The translations under genes and the position numbers were made by a program. This document shows positions 11,581 through 26,468 of a stretch of 64,000 nt of DNA, in pieces. Numbering within the stretch: position 1 is the first letter of the stretch; every line of letters begins with the position of its first letter. This DNA comes from Octopus vulgaris. Its lineage: Eukaryota. The stretch lies in NCBI GenBank assembly GCA_951406725.2, contig OX597819.1, forward strand, positions 59,086,001 to 59,150,000, written 5' to 3'. The notes below the pieces were generated by a model, which worked only from the letters and a program-made list of their open reading frames with translations, searched no databases and was not told the DNA's origin.

Positions 11581-13702
11581 GAGCAACCACATATAGGTTC
11601 CTTGTTGATCTGCTAGTATTTTGATCAGTCAGGTCAATGCCAAATTTTCTTTAATTCAATCAATATTCCATCTATGACCATCCTGTCTTCTTTGCAAGCA
11701 AGGAATTTAGTTGTTATTTCTATCAGAAGAAAAGATGATGCAGAGGTACTCTAGATATTAAGTTTGCATTGATGGGGGTGGAGCATGAACTCAGTATCAG
11801 ATACTAATAGGGTGAGAATTTTCCAAATAGTTAGAGGAAGTATTGTTTGAGATCCAATGCTCCAATGCAGACAGAAGGTAAAGACAAAACAGAATACATA
11901 AAAGCTAGAGAGAAAATAAATTTCAGAACCACAACATGATAGACTTGTTATTTCCAACAGTAAGAGCTTTCAACCACTAAAATTAACTGTTTGAAAAAGT
12001 ATCCAACTGTAAGCAGATTGAAAAGCATTTTTCTTTAAACAAATAATGCAATCTTGTTGAAGCATAAATTGATTATGGTTCAGAAACTTAACAGTTTCAA
12101 ACCATATCTCTGGCAGTGTATTGTTCTGATAAAAAGGATACGTTAGTCTTTTCTTTGGGCAATCAAGGAAATATATACTGTTACATCAAGTAAGAAGGAA
12201 TAAATGATATTTAAACAACTTCCTTGAACATGGACATTATAAGAACAATAACTGTCTACAATTCCATTTGACTATGACCAATTTGTCATGAAAAATGGGT
12301 GAGAATACATCTGATTGATTCATTACCATTGTATTATCAGTACTTTATCTTATATCTGAAAATAAATAATTATGAGTAAACTGAAAAGAAACTATTTCTC
12401 ACAGATATAATAATAAAGGGTCAAATTATACAGAAACCCTTCAATTTATGCAGTACAAAAGGCATAATTGTTTAACATAGGCACAAGACCCAAAATTGGA
12501 AAAAGGGGAACAGTTGGTTATATTCACTCCAGTTCTCGATAAGGACTTATTCTATTGCCTCCCCCTCCATCCCCACCCCTAAAGGATGAAAGACAACAGT
12601 AACATTGATTGCACTTGCACTCAGAATGCAGAGTGCCAGAACAAATATTGCCAAGCAGTTTGTCCAATGCTCTAATGATTCTACTAATCCACAAGCCTAG
12701 CACAAAAAGACATAATAGGAATAAGAGAATTAAAGAGAAAGAAACAGGAAGAGAACAAGTGGAAAGAATTATATGAGGGGTTGGTAGTGAGATGTGAAGT
12801 CAAGCAAACAGCAATTAATCAGTCATTCTCAAACAGTGCATTGAAACATGGTAGGGATGTTGGGATTAATAGTGAGAACATTATGAGGAAAGACTGATTT
12901 ATTATTGCCTCTTTCAAATTTCTTGTAATATAGTATTGTGTAGTTCACTTTAGTGGTGAATGCTTTTAGAGCCATCATGAGGGCAACGAGTTAAAATCAG
13001 TTGAAGGTCACTGTTATTAAAAAATAAAAACAGCTCTCTCTCTCTCTCTCTCAGTAATTCAACCACTTATCCCAATAAAAACAATAAGGATCATAACCAT
13101 TTCAAATTTGACTGTAAGAAATAACAGGAATAAACTAAAGCAGAACTTTACAAAAAAAAAAAAAAGACAGTCATGGCACATTAATAATAACTTGGTGTTT
13201 ACAGTTTTAAATATTTTCATTCAATCCTGACCACAAGATATCTTGTGAAGACTAAAATTGCAAACTAAGTAATGGGTAACAGCTGAATAAATATTTTTAA
13301 GAGTTTCAGTCACTGAACTACAACCATATACTGTAGTACCATTTTCAAGGGCTTTAGTCAATCATTTTGACACCTGTACTTACATACTCTAGTACTTAAT
13401 GATCATTATCAAATATTTAAGTTTAACCTGCATATAACATGAGAGAGGGTTTGCACAAGTACATACACACATGCACTCATGACAATTTTCTGTACTGTCC
13501 TAGTCTATAAAATTTCACTCACAAGTTACCTCTCCAAGGTACCACACAAAGAATCAAACCAGAATCATGTGGCTGCAAAGCAAATTTCTTTACATAACTA
13601 TTCTATCACCCATTGTTGACATAATATCTATACCTGTGTCTACACACACACACACATGCACATATGTATTTCCTTAATATCTAATTAGATGTTGACTCTT
13701 AC

Positions 13703-13760
13703 CTGTGACCTGAAGTTGACAGTACTGTGGACTGCAACTGCCTGCAGATGCCTCACCCAT
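13703..13760 (-). CDS. NEDD4-family E3 ligase (WWP1/ITCH/Su(dx)-like), first coding exon (exon spans 13789-13703, ATG at 13760)
   Basis: Acceptor ttttactttatttttcacag, donor G|gtaaga. Translates MGEASAGSCSPQYCQLQVT(V); QLQVTV matches the start of the WWP1/ITCH C2 domain. An in-frame TGA lies upstream of the ATG within the exon. Ends in phase 1, compatible with the next exon. Confidence 0.9.
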
Positions 13761-15099
13761 ACTGTTAGATTTTCAATAGAGCCACTGAGCTGTGAAAAAT
13801 AAAGTAAAAACAATATAAACAAGAAGGTAAAATAATACAGTTTATCTTTAAGCAAATGTCAATCTTTTGTGCAGGCAATACCAAAGCATAAAACATTTAT
13901 ACAGAAAACTAGGTTGTGTTGTATATGTATACTGACATTATTCAGTGCATATTTATGAATTAATCAAGGGAAGGGAAATTGTGCCCATGACCTTTTATGA
14001 CCTTTCTAAATTAATGAACATTTACAGGTCAAGTCTTTCAGGGAAAATAAAAGCAGAGAGCTAGAGAAGAAAGAAATAGAGACTCTGGTCAAATGCTTGT
14101 AAATGTCACAAATGTACCTAAGGACCAGGTATGAGTATTAAATTTTGTGTGCATATTTGTGTATGAATGCTCAATATGCTAATTCAAAATGAAGAATATA
14201 ACAGCCACCATAGAGCAAGGGTATTTAAACAACAGATTTAATATTTCATAATGGAAGGGATTTTTGGAAAGACTACAATCCCAAGAATTAGATTAGACAA
14301 CATGCGTGTTAGTGTCTCAGTGTGTATGTGTATTTTCAAATGTTTGCCAGAAAAGATGAGAAAAGCTGCGGATGCATGTCATATTCATCTAAAGAAATTT
14401 GTTAATTGTCCTTCAAGCAAATCTTACCATCCATGAATGTTTGTCCTTGAAGTAAGTTGTCAGACAGTTTGCTCTCCTTCCTCTTAGTAACAACTATATA
14501 ATGAAATGGAGTTATCTTCTTGCTGATAAATTAGGAGGAGTAGACTGACTGAAACCTAATTAATGCTTGAAATAAGATTTGCAGGTGTAAAACCATAAAT
14601 CTAGCATCTTAAAAAAACTGCTAGTTGCAGCAAGTGAAGGATTGTCCTTTTACACTAGCATAGGAAAGTACCTTTCTCTCTTCTTTATTTAAGGTAAATA
14701 AAATTAAAACAGTGTTTGAGACAAAATTCAAAATGATATGGTGTGGTAGAGTGAGAGAGTGAAAACAAGAAACAAATTGTAAAGTCAATGTTATGAATCT
14801 CAGAGTGCGATTAGCTCATGGGAGATAGGCAGAAAGAAGTGCTCAAAGAAATCTAGGTAACTGAAAGTTCTAAGAAAGATGACCTAACAGATGCTGGCTG
14901 TTAAGCATAGCAACACCTGGGTTTGGAAACTAAAAATGTAAAACACCTCAAAAGACCATCAATCCAGCTGAAAAAAAAAGGCTTGAAAATCTCAATCTAA
15001 TGCCTACCTCTAATAAAATAATCCTCGGGATTTCAAGCAAATAAAATAAAAATTAATTCTGACTTAATTCATTTGTGTAGTTGTTGCTTTCAGTGGCTG

Positions 15100-15870
15100 G
15101 CTCTGCATATCAAGAGTTACTGCATCAAGTGAGAGATGAGCAAATATATTATATTACAGGATCTCTATTAAACCACACTTCAACATACAGAAGATTGTGT
15201 GGGGTATTCTGCATTACATCTTAAAAAGTTTGGCCTCACAATTAACACTGAAATACTTCATGCCAGCATACATTGAAAGCAACAAATCAGTAAGCATTAA
15301 TCTGAAAACTGCAGAAAAAAATTTACATATCTTGAAAGATATGTACTGACACAGGAGCTACAAAAGTGGTTGACAAAATACAAAAATAGTATTTGGATGA
15401 CTGTATCTACAATTATGGAACAATCATCAAGTTTACATAAGAATCGGGGGTCGGAGCAGTAAAACTATCCATTCAATTTCCATGGTGTCAAAACCTGAAC
15501 ATTATACAAAAAGTTAGATGAAGAAATTCCATTCCTATGCTCAGGTCTAAAAATTTCATGGTGACATGTTCTCCAATAGTAATCTACATGGGCAAGCAGG
15601 ATTGCCTAATATGAAAGATCTCATCAGACAGAAACCTACATTGGACAGGGCATGTAACTTGAATGTTATCTAAAAGACTACTCACACAAATCTTCCTTAA
15701 AACACTATGAAAGCCAAAGAAGAAAGACTGACATCACCTAAGCTATATGGGCACCATAAAGAGGAATCTGAAAAAAATTGAAATATTCACTTAATGCCAT
15801 AGACAGTCAAAGATTACCTGAAAGATGGTGATTAAATAACTATTAGTCAAGATTATTAGTGACTGGCAAT
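15100..15870 (+). mobile_element. Highly decayed RTE LINE fragment
   Basis: Residual motifs in the correct order: KFGLTINTE, KFTYL, LWNNH, LHWTGHVT*MLSKRL. Confidence 0.7.
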
Positions 15871-16832
15871 AGCAGGAGCAAATGAACAAAACAAATTTGG
15901 CAGACTGACATAAATGGAACCAGTTAAGTTCACTAGTACCATTACAAAAGACTATATATTTTAACATACCAGGTGTAATTGTTTTATCTTACCAAAATAA
16001 CCATGTTCCAGACAGAAAGTTAGCTCAATCATGAAACCGAACTAGTATTAACTCTTCAATTAAGCTCACAATGCAGAATTCATAACAAAACAATCAATCT
16101 AATCCCAAGAAATAATTCAGTGTCTGCAAGTGAAATGGTTTGTTGGCATAGGACAATTGAAACTGTATCAAGCCAACAGCAGAGTCTCTATGTAGCTTAA
16201 TCACTTGATCTGCTGGAAGTAGCAATCATATCTCTCTTGAATTACATCATCATGTTTTAGAAAAGGATCCACCAGATTATGTTGTCCTGCTTCTGCTATA
16301 CCTAGGTAAAAGACAAGGAAGTGATGCTCACTCAGGGCAGATCCTTAATCTGAGAGTAAACAGTTTGTCAGATTAAATCAGATGTAAAATTAAGAAAAAC
16401 AAAGCACCCAGGAAACATTGGCATATTTAAGACCAAAGTATATATCCATAGGCATGCACATGTATGTACTATTTTACAGTCATTATTCCAATTTAGGAAA
16501 GGCTATTGAATTTTGCAACTTTGTTGGAACAATATTTTTTCCTTCTATAATTGAATATCATATCTCCCACAACAGATAATTCCTTACTGTTAAATACTAA
16601 CACTGAAAGAATACTTTTTCTTTTTTTTTTCTTTTTTTCTTGCCAAACAAATTTATGCCATGCCTTGAAACACAACCTGGATGCAGTGGTAGATGTTGTC
16701 AATAAAAAGTCACAAATCAAACGCATTAACTAACCTTTGTAACATACATGTATATATGCCTCGGTGAGAGATAGTGTGGTATCCTTGTTGAACGTGCATA
16801 AGCAAAGATATTTTACACCTACATTACCACAT

Positions 16833-17416
16833 ATGGATGAAGACAGCTGAGTGAAGAAGTGTCACACCCTAACAGTGGAAGGAACCTGTGGAGGTGGTAG
16901 ACTCAGGAAGATATGGGATGAAGTGGGAAAGCACGACTTTGAATGCTGGGCCTCACAGTGGCAATGACAAGCGATCGAGACCTTTGGAAATATGCTGTGA
17001 TTGAGAAGACCTGGCAAATCAAGTGAAATCATAACCATGGCTGATGCCAGTGTCACATAACCGGCCTGTTTAAAAGTACCCTTCAATCATCAGGCAATAT
17101 GCTAGCTTGAGAAGACTTGTTGAGTCAAGTGAAATCATAGTTGTGACAAATGCCAGTGCTGCCTAACTGGCCCCCATGCTGGTGGCATGTAAAAGGCACC
17201 ATTTGAGTGTGGTCGATGCTAGTGCCGCCTGGCTGGACCCCATGCCAGTGGCACATAATAAGCACCCACTATATTCTCAGAGTGGTTTAAGGATGGACAT
17301 CCAGCTGTAGAAACCCTGCCTGATCAAATTGGAGCCTGATGCAGCCAGACCTCAGTCAAACCGTCCAACCCATGCCAGCATGGAAAGTGAACATTAAATG
17401 GTGATAATGATGATTA
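16833..17416 (+). mobile_element. RTE LINE 3' end
   Basis: MDEDS*VKKCHTLTVEGTCGGGRLRKIWDEV...MTSDRDLWKYAVIEKTWQIK*, followed by the same UTR and a gat-rich tail. Confidence 0.88.
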
Positions 17417-18010
17417 CTAGCATAAATTGTGTGGTTAACAAATTCAAGAGATTTGCATTTTACTTGAAACCAGCTAGTCATTTAAATGTGAAGCAGAAAT
17501 AACAAGCTGAAGTAATGTACAATGCATAAAATAGTGACCTACTCTAACAGAAACAGTACATGCTGAATATTTTAGCTCATGGTTTGCACAGTAGGTGCAA
17601 GACTGAACAGAAATAGCTGCATGAACACCACTGGAGTATATAGCAACAAGGATATAAAACTGTACTTGAGGTGTATTGAAGAACACCGATTGGCTAATTT
17701 AATCATGCAATGAGTAAATGAAATTTCACACCAGGATTGCTTAAATACTAACAAACAAAGGAAATAACTCCAATAGGATTAACAACCATAGACTTTTGAA
17801 AAATATAGAGAATGTAATATGAGAGTGGACCTCATTCTTAAAGCAAATAGGTGAAAGAAATGGGAATATTCAGACTCAGAAATCACTATCAGTATTATTC
17901 TTCTTGAAGAAAAAGAAATTTGTACTCTACAAAAGTATGGAGTAACCATTCAGATTAATGCAAAATCATTTTTATTATAACTGAATATAAAAACAAACAA
18001 TATATATATA

Positions 18011-18690
<680 letters not shown>

Positions 18691-18691
18691 T

Positions 18692-18723
<32 letters not shown>

Positions 18724-18989
18724 TAAGAAATAGAGGGAGTGTAGTGAAGAAGGTTATGAATATCAACAATATGGTCAAAGGACAATACCTCAGGGGAGCG
18801 TTCTGCATATGTTAAACATGCAGATTTCATATATGTACTACGAGTAGAAAAACTTCAGTTAACTGAGATTACCCATGCATTTAGTAGACTAAAAGCTCCC
18901 TCTTGTTGTGCTTAAAATCTAAAGTCAATAAAGAAGGAATAATAACTGCAATATGATCCATCAATTGCAAATTTTGGAAAATATGGAAA

Positions 18990-19375
18990 TGGACAGGCTT
19001 GGTCATGCAGTTAAAAATCTTGCTTCCCAATCATGTGGTCTCAGGTTCAGTCCCATTGCAGGGTACCTAGAGCAAGTGTTTTCTACTACAGCCCTTGGCC
19101 TAGTGAGTGGATTTGGTAGACAGAAACTGAAATTAGTGTCTATCTGTCTGTCTCCTGGCTTTGTTATCATCTGATGGTTGTAAACAATCCTCATTCAAGG
19201 TGTCATTCATTTCCAATCATCCATAAAAAACATGTCTCGGCATGGGAAAATATTACCTTACTTGGTAACAGGTGAGAGTAGGCAACTGGAAGCTTTAGAA
19301 AATCTGCCTCAATAAATTATTTCTAACACATGCAAGTATGGATAAGTGGGCATCAAAATGATGATGAAGAAGATG
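18990..19375 (+). mobile_element. SINE with family-A head and RTE-like (GAT)n tail
   Basis: Family-A head followed by aatattaccttacttggtaacaggtgag...catgcaagtatggataagtgggcatcaaaatgatgatg. The same tail occurs at ~930-1072 (+), 20520-20620 (+), 40318-40500 (-) and 44335-44530 (-). Confidence 0.75.
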
Positions 19376-20895
19376 CAGTAAGGGAGAGGATTTGGTCTTC
19401 TATAAAGGTAAGACTAAAAGTGATCATAAATGGTAAGATGTGCTTTGCTAAAGAGGCTGAATAACACCAAAACATTTCAGTTACTTTTACCAGTTGCCTT
19501 TTTAAAGAGCAGATCTACTTCTATACTGCATTTTCTCTTTTTCCTCTCTATAATTTAAATGAATAGATTTTACTAGAATTATCCCCTCGCTGTAAGTAAA
19601 TTGTAGGCACCACTACACGGAAATTTTATCCAGTAATTGCGTAGATAATTTCTGTTAAGCAAAGTGTGTGTGTGTGTGTGTATGTCCTGTTTTGCTTTGT
19701 TTTTTGCATTCAGTATGCAGAACTCTTCCCTGAGGTATTTCACTTCAGCCATATTGTTGATATAATAGGAAAGCTCTGGTTGAGAAGCATGACAATGAGG
19801 AACTAAGTAGAGCGTTAAAGAAAACATAAATAAGAGTTCTGTTTTTCTAAAGCATACCTACAGAAATTGTAGAAAGTATCTTCTGATATCTAATAGTAAG
19901 TGAGAAAGAAAAGCCTGTCAGGTTATATGCATGTCATCACTCAGCTATAGCAAGCAACAACACAAGGGATATAGAACAGCAAACATATTTAATTTTAAGT
20001 AGGCTGGCTTATTATATAACTCATATAAACTGCTACTGACTTATTTTTAGTTGTCATCTTCAAAACAGCTATGTCTGAAAAACAACTGGGTAGACTTACT
20101 TCAACTGTTCATGTATAATGCAGAAAGTATTGGTGGATGCAAAAGTTTTTTGCTAAAAGTAAACATACACATACACGACAGAGAATCTTTTATATACAAA
20201 TGTGTGTGTGAAGATACTCTGAGCAGGTAGATTGTGAAAATAAACAGGTGTGTTAAGAAAGTAATGATAAAAATCTAATGTTTTGACAAATGTAAAAAAG
20301 AAGCATGTGTAATTAAGTGTGAATGAAATGAAACAGGACTTACACTAGTTTCAAGTGAAAATGCAAACTAACATTGTACTAACAAAAGTCAGCTTTATTA
20401 TTACTTTTAAAATCAATTTTCTGAACAGTGATATTACTGGTCATACATTTCTGGAATTAGTGAAAGAAAATTGTATGGAAGCCCGTTGTGTGCATGCATG
20501 TATGCATATGTGTGTATGTTTACTATTTATGCTTGGGTATGGGGAAATATTACCTTATATGAAAACAGGTGAGGTGAGTATGGAAAAATGAACACTAAAA
20601 TATGATGATGATGATGATGAAATATAGATAAAATAAAGGTTACAACAGCATAGCAGTAATAATGGTTTTGTAGCATGAAGCAAAGCAGGCCTTGCCATCC
20701 ACTCAAAAAGACACATAGTGAATGATCCACAAGCACTCAAGCTTGAGTCCTCAATTTGTTCCTTTTGCCAAAAATGGCTTGCAAGGCACCAGCAGGCCTC
20801 AAGAGACACATTCATGTCCATAGAACATGATTAACGCTTTATTTTACATAATTTGTTGTTCCCGACAACAGAATCCATCGCACATGTGTGTATGT

Positions 20896-20898
<3 letters not shown>

Positions 20899-20945
<47 letters not shown>

Positions 20946-21266
20946 CAGAGTTGTGCGCAGGTTCTGTTTGCAAATTCTATTCACAAAGCATTTGTTAATC
21001 ATGTTATACTAAAAGATACTGATTTAAAGTCCTACACCCAGAACCATATGGTCATTAAGTGAACTTCTTAAACAGTTGTGTAACCATGTGGAAAATACTA
21101 AAATCTGGAAGTTAGTCCAGCTAGCCAACCTGAATCCAAATTTTAACAAATGTATTAGACTTATAAACATGACTATATAAGATAAAGTTTACAACAGCAA
21201 AGCAGTAATAATGAAGAGCAGTAAACAGCTGAAAATAGGATAGATGTCTAACTAAAAAAAAGGGTT

Positions 21267-21314
<48 letters not shown>

Positions 21315-21632
21315 CAGAGTTGTGCGAGGTTCTGTTTACCAAATTCTATTCACAAAGCATTTGTTAATCCATGGTTATACTAAAAGATACTGATTTAAAG
21401 TCCTACACCAGAACCATATGGTCATTAAGTGAACTTCTTAAACAGTTGTGTAACCATGTGGAAAATACTAAAATCTGGAAGTTAGTCCAGCTAGCCAACC
21501 TGAATCCAAATTTTAACAAATGTATTAGACTTATAAACATGACTATATAAGATAAAGTTTACAACAGCAAAGCAGTAATAATGAAGAGCAGTAAACAGCT
21601 GAAAATAGGATAGATGTCTAACTAAAAAAAAG
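20899..21632. repeat. Tandem duplication with ~370-bp period, each unit starting with (TA)n
   Basis: 20942-21262 and 21312-21632 are nearly identical. Confidence 0.93.
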
Positions 21633-24600
21633 CTTGTTTCAGTTATGAAGTAATCTGACCAGCAGTTAGGTCTGTCTATGAAAATACTGGAAAACTGATC
21701 AGGATTAATATGTCTAGTAATAAGTTTGAATGCAATATTTTGTACTAAAAGTGCAGAAATAGCAATATAGAACAATGAACGAGAGAAGTCAAAAGAACTT
21801 ACTGAGGAAGATAATGAAACATAATTCAAATTAGTTTGTTCACTTTATTTTAATAAATAAATCGGTTGTGTAATCAAGGTGGAAAGTTGTTAGGTACAAC
21901 AAGATCACAAGATAAAAGCATAATACAGCCTTTGTTGTGCCATTGGCTTATCTATGGATGTAACTTATATTTACTTCAGATGACATCTCTGTAAACATTT
22001 TACCAGTTGCATTTCATCATTAGTGTTAAGATAAAAGCGTCATCTCAATGTAAAAGACTTGCTCCAATCAAAACGTGTGTAAAAATCCAAAATTAACAGA
22101 ACCATTCAAGTTCATGCTGGCATAGAAATCTGATGTAAAATCATTCCAAAACAAAATAAGTCCATATTAGGAAGACAGGTGTTGATATATTGATCTTCCT
22201 TCAACAACAGGTAAACTTATAATACAGTGATCCATGATGACTGTTTCAATTGCTGCATAGATCACACTGTCAATGTTATGAAGAATGGCCTGAACATCAC
22301 AAAGACTTCTGCAGTTTTAGTGTTTATGTCTATTTAAGAAATCAATTCTTTACTCATTTAGATATATCATAACAACACAAAGAAATCACTTACCATATTA
22401 CACATTTCTAAAAGTTAATGAAGGTGCTCCAGTATGATTTTAAACATAATGACTAAAAAGGAACCAAAGGACTAAAAATTAGAATTACAGTTTTTAAAGA
22501 GACATATTTGATTTTCGCAACTCTACATTAACTAGTTTTAATTAAATAAACAGGAGCAGACGTTTGTATGGTTAAGAAGTTCACTTTTCAACTAAGTGGT
22601 CTCTGGTTCAGTCTCAGTGCACAGCACCGTGGCCAAATGTCTTCTACACTAGCCTGGGACACAGAAACTGAAAAAGAAACCAACTGCATGCATGCATGTC
22701 AGTGTCTATTAACCACTGATATTCATTCATTTGGAAGTCATGGCATTCACTGCAAGGGTCAGTATTGGGAAAGGCATGTGGCTATAAAACAATGCCTCAG
22801 TAAGATATTTGTCTAATTCATTCTAGCACAGCAAAATTGGACATAAAATTAATGAATCACCCTAAAATAATATTAAATATATTCTCAGAATTTAACTAAA
22901 CATTTCATCCGTATTTTTTTAACCTGAAAGATATTTGCACAATTTCAAATAAATAACACACATTTTTCTTTCCTCTTTATTCTTTCTCATTTCAGATAAA
23001 AGATTAATCCAGTTAAATAAGCTTATCTCATGTCAATGTCAACTAAGTGTGATTATTTTTATTATCATTATTTGTAGCTTAAACTCAACCATACAGTATC
23101 AATCCAATAAAGTCTATGAAATAATCTAGAGATACAAACAATTCATGCACTGCACAGTTTGTATAAAAACATATTGAAATAAATTCAAAGATTCCCTCTG
23201 ATTAAATATGAATCTAATATCAACACAATTATCAGTTTTAAGTAATTCCAATATTAATGAGAGCTTTAAGTGCAGCAGAATTTTGTTATGGTTGAAACTC
23301 TCTGAACTAACAGTTGGGACTAACCCAAAAATCAAACATGCTAAAAATGATTGAAGACTGACTAAATCTCTCAGTAGATTACAAGAGAAAAGAGTAGAAA
23401 AGTCAGTTATATGAATATTTACATTTAGGAAATTGAATCATGGAACTGTTCATAAATTTAGATTAAAATTGCAAAATTTGCACACATTGTAGAAGCTGAG
23501 TTCAATTTCCACTAGAGATTTATTTCTCTTCGGAGTTTATAAGAGAAGGACTTCAATATATCATTATACTGAATCATTTAACTGTGTTACAACCAAAAAG
23601 AAAAATGAGAACTTGAATATCTTCAGAAAGAAAATCAATTACTCAGATTATTCCAAGACTTTATCAGTCAATCATAATTACAATAAATGGTTACAATCTA
23701 TTTATAACATTTTGCTAGAGTGATTAACTAAATGGTCTAAATTCTTTTAAAGAGACCTTTAAAACAGATAATTTTTAATTCATAATTTACCTTTGAATCC
23801 TAATATTAAATCGTAATTTAATTAATTTATATTCATTTTTTAATCTCAGAGCAGAAGATATGGCAAAGAATAGGATCACAATAATGAACAGAGAAAAAAC
23901 AAAATGAGGTGAAATATAGAAAGTCTTCATATATGATATCAGTTGTACTGACATGTTTTAACAAAAGGCACAAAAGCACGAGATTGGAGACTTATTTAAA
24001 AAGAACAACCCACCCACCTACCCACATACTCACTCTCTCTTTCTCCTACAAAAATTATACCAATCTTTATTCCTTTAACACACTGGTGCCATACACATAC
24101 AATGTAAACATTTATACAACCTCCAGGAACAGAGATTTCAAAACAATCTCCAAATGGGATATGATGATGATCTAGTCTCTTCAATAGCACAAAGACTCAG
24201 TTACTACATATACCAATGAAAGTCTTATACCATGCTCTTCTTATAAACAACACACAAATAAACCATGAAAATTATGACAAAAATGCTGAGCACCACAATC
24301 TCAAAAGTTTTTCACATATATAGCGCTATTCAAATCATATCCTAAAGACGAGGCTCCTGCTTTAGGGAAAAAAAAAGTTTCTGGTTCTATTCAGTAGCAA
24401 ATTCTTTACAAAATCTTAGAGTATCCCACTATGTAATACTGATTATATGCATGGAGTAGTGCTGCAGTTAGGGTGTTTGGATCATTGGGAAAACCACAAT
24501 TACTAGCACATTACAAAAACAGATTCACAGATCATTGTTTCTTTTCACTGCCTCCTATACCTCTAATAGCTGCTCTACATCACATATCCATACAATCCTA

Positions 24601-25140
24601 ACTCATACATCCCTCCTTCTTTTGTACCCAGACTATATTTCTGCCCCAACAGATCCAGTTCTAAGTACACATTGTCTGAATATTCTTCCTTAGGTCTGCA
24701 ACCCTTGCAAATAAATTCCTTTTCTATCCATGCCCCCCACCCCTCATGGTAGACACTGATCTACACAAATTCTAAATGAACATGAGCTACATTGATTTTG
24801 TCAGTTTGGTAGCACATGCAAAGGTCTCTTGCTATTTTCTTTTGACTAAATTAAAATATTAAAAAAATGAACCCTACAAAGTAAATTTCAATGCAGGTAA
24901 TGCATTTGTTGGTATAGATTTACCAATCGCCAATGACTGGTGAATCAAATACCATTACCAACTGTTGTAAACTAGAGGGAGGGAAATCAAGAAAATAGAA
25001 AAAACAGGGCTTAATTAAAGATATACAAAGATATTGAGAGATGAGACAAAGAAACAAATGTAAATAAAATAAATAGTGAAGATAGTTATATAACTTTAAC
25101 TAGGACAAGATATGATTTTGCCTCACGTGTGAATTCAGTG

Positions 25141-25191
<51 letters not shown>

Positions 25192-25299
25192 CTAATTAGT
25201 CTATTCACTCATTTTGAGCAACATAGATTAAAGCAACATTCAGTTTTTGTCTCATTGACATTAAGCAAGAGAAAATGTTCTGAGAGAAGAAAAAAAATT

Positions 25300-25650
25300 A
25301 AAAACTGAAGATAGAAATTTTGTGAAAACTATTGAGAGAGAAAGTGAAGAAAGTAATAATAGAAAGAATGAAGATGATAAATATAGGAAGAATGAAGATA
25401 AAGAGAAAAATAATAAACTAAATTAAAGAAAGATAGAATGAAGAAATAACATAGAAAAAAAAAAGCAGAAAAAAAATAAGACTGAGAAAGCAAAAGATAA
25501 ATAAATGGAAGACAGAACAAATGAAAAAGTTAATTTTAAAAAATGAAGAAATTGGATAATGATGAAACCAAAGAATGAAGAAACTAATAAAAGAATGAAT
25601 AGAGAAGCTAAAGAGAATAAAGAAATTAAAGAGTGAATGAATGAAGGAAT
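25300..25650. repeat. A/G-rich low-complexity tract
   Basis: Degenerate GAAA/GAAT units. Confidence 0.75.
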
Positions 25651-26307
25651 TAACTTCTTTTGTTAATATATTTCTGTTGAGATATGCTGCCATTGTTTCA
25701 TTTCATTTTAAAAAATAACAAAGATTTTAGTAAAAAAACTGTCATTATTAAGCTGGTGTTAGAACATAAATTAACACAAAATTTTTGATGGAAGCTTTTA
25801 GTTTAAAATGATTTAAAACAATAAGTTAGTATCATAGAATCAGGGGGTCAGTCTCAGGTGGGTTGATAACAAAAAGGTTAAAGTTAAAAAGTTAAAAGAA
25901 AAAAAGAAAAGAAAGAAACAAAGAGATTCTATATAAAACAAAGAAATTTGATGAATAAAAAGAAAAAAAAAAAACAAATCAATGGACAAATGAAAGAATT
26001 TAAACATTTAAATGAAAATAAAAGTTTAAAAAAAAAAAGCAAAAATACAAAAGAGCCAAAGGAAGAAAATCAAATCAAACCGTAAACAACAGCTATATTT
26101 GAAATCAATTAAAGAGTTTGATTTTGTCTGCTCATCAAACTACAATTATAATGTAATCGCAGTGAGGCATAATATTTGGCCTTGGTGATTTCTGTCCAGC
26201 TTTTTGACATTAAATGCCAACATAGACATTGTGTGAAAGCCGTTTGATCTCACAAAACCCACCTAGTAGCTGCCTGATCCTAGTCTCATTGCTAAACCCT
26301 TTCATGA

Positions 26308-26468
26308 CTACACTCACGGAGTGGTTGCCGTTAGGAAGGGCATCCAGCCGTAGAAACACTGCCAGATTTGACTGGGCCTGATGAAGCCTTCTGGCTTCAC
26401 AGACCCCAGTAGAACCGTCCAACCCATGCTAGCATGGAAAACGGACGCTAAACAATGATGATGATGAT
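26308..26468 (+). mobile_element. RTE 3' UTR/tail fragment
   Basis: ggagtggttgccgttaggaagggcatccagc...ccaacccatgctagcatggaaaacggacg...gatgatgat. Confidence 0.8.

Noticed and set aside
26378-26405. CTGATGA followed by the hairpin GAAGCC/GGCTTC
   Set aside because: There is no GAAA after the stem; it is a variant of the RTE UTR sequence ctggtgcagcc.
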